DNA from: an uncultured Clostridia bacterium | GTDB taxonomy: Bacteria; Bacillota; Clostridia; Oscillospirales; Oscillospiraceae | Direction of reading: 5' to 3' | NCBI GenBank assembly: GCA_946531435.1 | Contig: CAMNAO010000004.1 | Location: 6,786 to 70,785 of the forward strand | Length of the DNA stretch: 64,000 bases | Shown here: one piece after another, positions 62,742-64,000 of the stretch | How the letters are laid out: each line of letters begins with the position of its first letter | Numbering within the stretch: position 1 is the stretch's first letter | Notes under the pieces: generated by a model | What the model was told of the DNA's origin: nothing | Databases searched by the model: none | The model's input: only the letters and a program-made list of their open reading frames with translations | Program-made: the position numbers and the translations under genes

Positions 62742-63997
62742 GGAGGGCTGCGATGCACGCTGACGGACGCGTCCTCCAGCGCAGCCTTTACGGCGTCGAT
62801 CAAGGCGCCGGAGGAGTAGGTGGCCCCGCTGATGGTGTCGATCTCCGGGCTTTGTTTTGACAGCATCTCTCCGATCATAGCGCCGCCGTCCGCCTCCTCA
62901 TCAAAGTAGGCCGGGTCGTCCATAAAGCCAATGATCCGAATTGCCGTCATCTCGCCCCCCGCGATCTCCACCTCCACGGTGATCTCGCCGTTGTTGCCCA
63001 TGGCAGAGCCGGTGTAGACGCCGTCCCGATAAAAACCCGCGGGAGCTTCGTCCTCCTCTGTACGCTTCTCCTCCGTGTTTTCCACCTCAGCCTTTTCTGA
63101 TTCCTCCTCTGATCGGGTTTCTTCCCCTTCGTCGGCCGCAGCGCCGTCAGAAGCCGCTGTCTCGGCTGCCGATGCCGGCGTTTGCGTCGCAGTGCTTTCC
63201 GAAGCCGGTTTCTTCCGCGCAGCCGCGCCAAGCAGGGTCACGCTGCCGGTGAGGGCCGCCGCCAGCAAAAGTCCGCAGATAAGGCCGATCAGCTGCCTGC
63301 GGGGGAGCGTCTCCCTCGCTTTTTTCTCACGGGCCAGGGCTTTCAAAACGCGGCAAATGGCATAGGCAAAGAATACGCCGCTGTAGACGAACACCGTAAG
63401 CCGATAGCCCGGCCGCCCCTGGAGGGCATAGGGGATCGTCAGGAGCAGGATATGGGCGCACAGCATTCCGTAAAAGAGATACGCCCAGCGCTGCAGCCGT
63501 TTCCATCGCCTGCCGCCCATCCGCCTCCGCACGGCAGGAAAGCTGGTGACAAAGAGGGGCAGCATAATGAGAATCATGCAGACCGAAAGCACTGCCGCCA
63601 GAAGCTGATTGACAGGCAAACGCCCCGGATTGGAAAAGAGCAGTACAAAATAGGTCTTTCCATAGGCCGTGTTGTGCCCCAGGGTCAGAAGACTGGCCAG
63701 AATGGAGAGCTCACCCCTGAGAGGGATCAGGAGCTTTTGGCCCCGGCTTTTCGGCGGGAAGGCGCCCGCCGCCATCACCAATATAAACAGCGCCCCCGCC
63801 AGGGCGCCCCGGGCAAAGACCGGCCAGATCCAGGTGCCGAACCAGGCGGGAAAACGCACGCCCCTCCAGGTCCCCAGTACCACGGCCACATCCACAGCCA
63901 GCGCACAGCAATAGAAGACCCGGGGATGTTTTTTGAGCGCATTGCCCCCCGCAAATACCAAAACCAGGGCCAACGCCATGGCGATCAAAAATACCAT
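62738..63997 (-). CDS. membrane protein with a ferric-reductase-like TM domain and a C-terminal FMN-binding (FMN_bind) domain
   Basis: N-terminal polytopic region with spaced His (LGHNTAYG, LCAHILL), a low-complexity acidic linker, and C-terminal YRDGVYTGSAMGNNGEITVEV...DTISGATYSS. The start lies 3 nt from the window edge, so the 5' end is not verifiable. Confidence 0.65.
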   Translation of the reverse strand: MVFLIAMALALVLVFAGGNALKKHPRVFYCCALAVDVAVVLGTWRGVRFPAWFGTWIWPVFARGALAGALFILVMAAGAFPPKSRGQKLLIPLRGELSILASLLTLGHNTAYGKTYFVLLFSNPGRLPVNQLLAAVLSVCMILIMLPLFVTSFPAVRRRMGGRRWKRLQRWAYLFYGMLCAHILLLTIPYALQGRPGYRLTVFVYSGVFFAYAICRVLKALAREKKARETLPRRQLIGLICGLLLAAALTGSVTLLGAAARKKPASESTATQTPASAAETAASDGAAADEGEETRSEEESEKAEVENTEEKRTEEDEAPAGFYRDGVYTGSAMGNNGEITVEVEIAGGEMTAIRIIGFMDDPAYFDEEADGGAMIGEMLSKQSPEIDTISGATYSSGALIDAVKAALEDASVSVHRSPP

Positions 63998-64000
63998 ATC

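Noticed and set aside
1-64000. Searched by eye for CRISPR arrays, tRNA/rRNA/tmRNA/RNase P signatures, transposases, integrases, phage modules, toxin-antitoxin pairs and known defence-system genes.
   Set aside because: No regularly spaced direct repeats, no cloverleaf-like or rRNA-like conserved strings, and no ORF with recombinase, transposase or defence-type motifs. The only repeats found are the two mosaic intergenic elements and the paralogous gene families.

Overview
The window looks like high-GC (about 60%) chromosomal DNA from a Clostridia-type anaerobe. This is inferred from gene content and GGAGG-type ribosome-binding sites (RBS), not from any search. I saw no rRNA, tRNA, CRISPR array, transposase, integrase or phage genes.

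The main feature is a co-directional block of about 31 kb on the minus strand (nt 1065-32497, 23 genes). It looks like an uncharacterised cytoplasmic hydrolase system. It contains:
- six paralogous PHB-depolymerase/LpqC-like alpha/beta-hydrolases, four of them about 580-aa fusions of an inactive and an active esterase domain;
- three neutral-ceramidase-like proteins;
- a tandem double metallo-beta-lactamase (MBL) fold protein and a beta-propeller lactonase;
- a MalY/PatB C-S lyase, an aldo/keto reductase, a Zn polyol dehydrogenase and a fructokinase;
- a trigger-factor paralog with a degenerate ribosome-docking motif;
- an Opp/Dpp-type ABC importer and two paralogous ROK regulators.

Downstream of this block the window holds:
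- an M28 peptidase and a MATE exporter;
- an orphan hypB-hypB-hypA nickel-chaperone operon with no Ni enzyme in view;
- a 928-aa Fe-S flavoprotein;
- a second small minus-strand cluster of three PF00756-type esterases plus an FAD flavoprotein and a ferredoxin;
- housekeeping and accessory genes: DUF1848, a PTS EIIC-like permease, a CPBP protease, glycerate kinase, a LysR regulator with a divergent flavodoxin/NTF2/AKR operon, and proBAC.

Two copies of a mosaic intergenic repeat of about 330 bp sit at 37.5 kb and 62.1 kb. Each starts immediately after an intrinsic terminator. An internal module of about 63 bp is present in opposite orientation and at a different position in the two copies.

All functional calls rest on motif and family recognition by eye. 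No database search was run.
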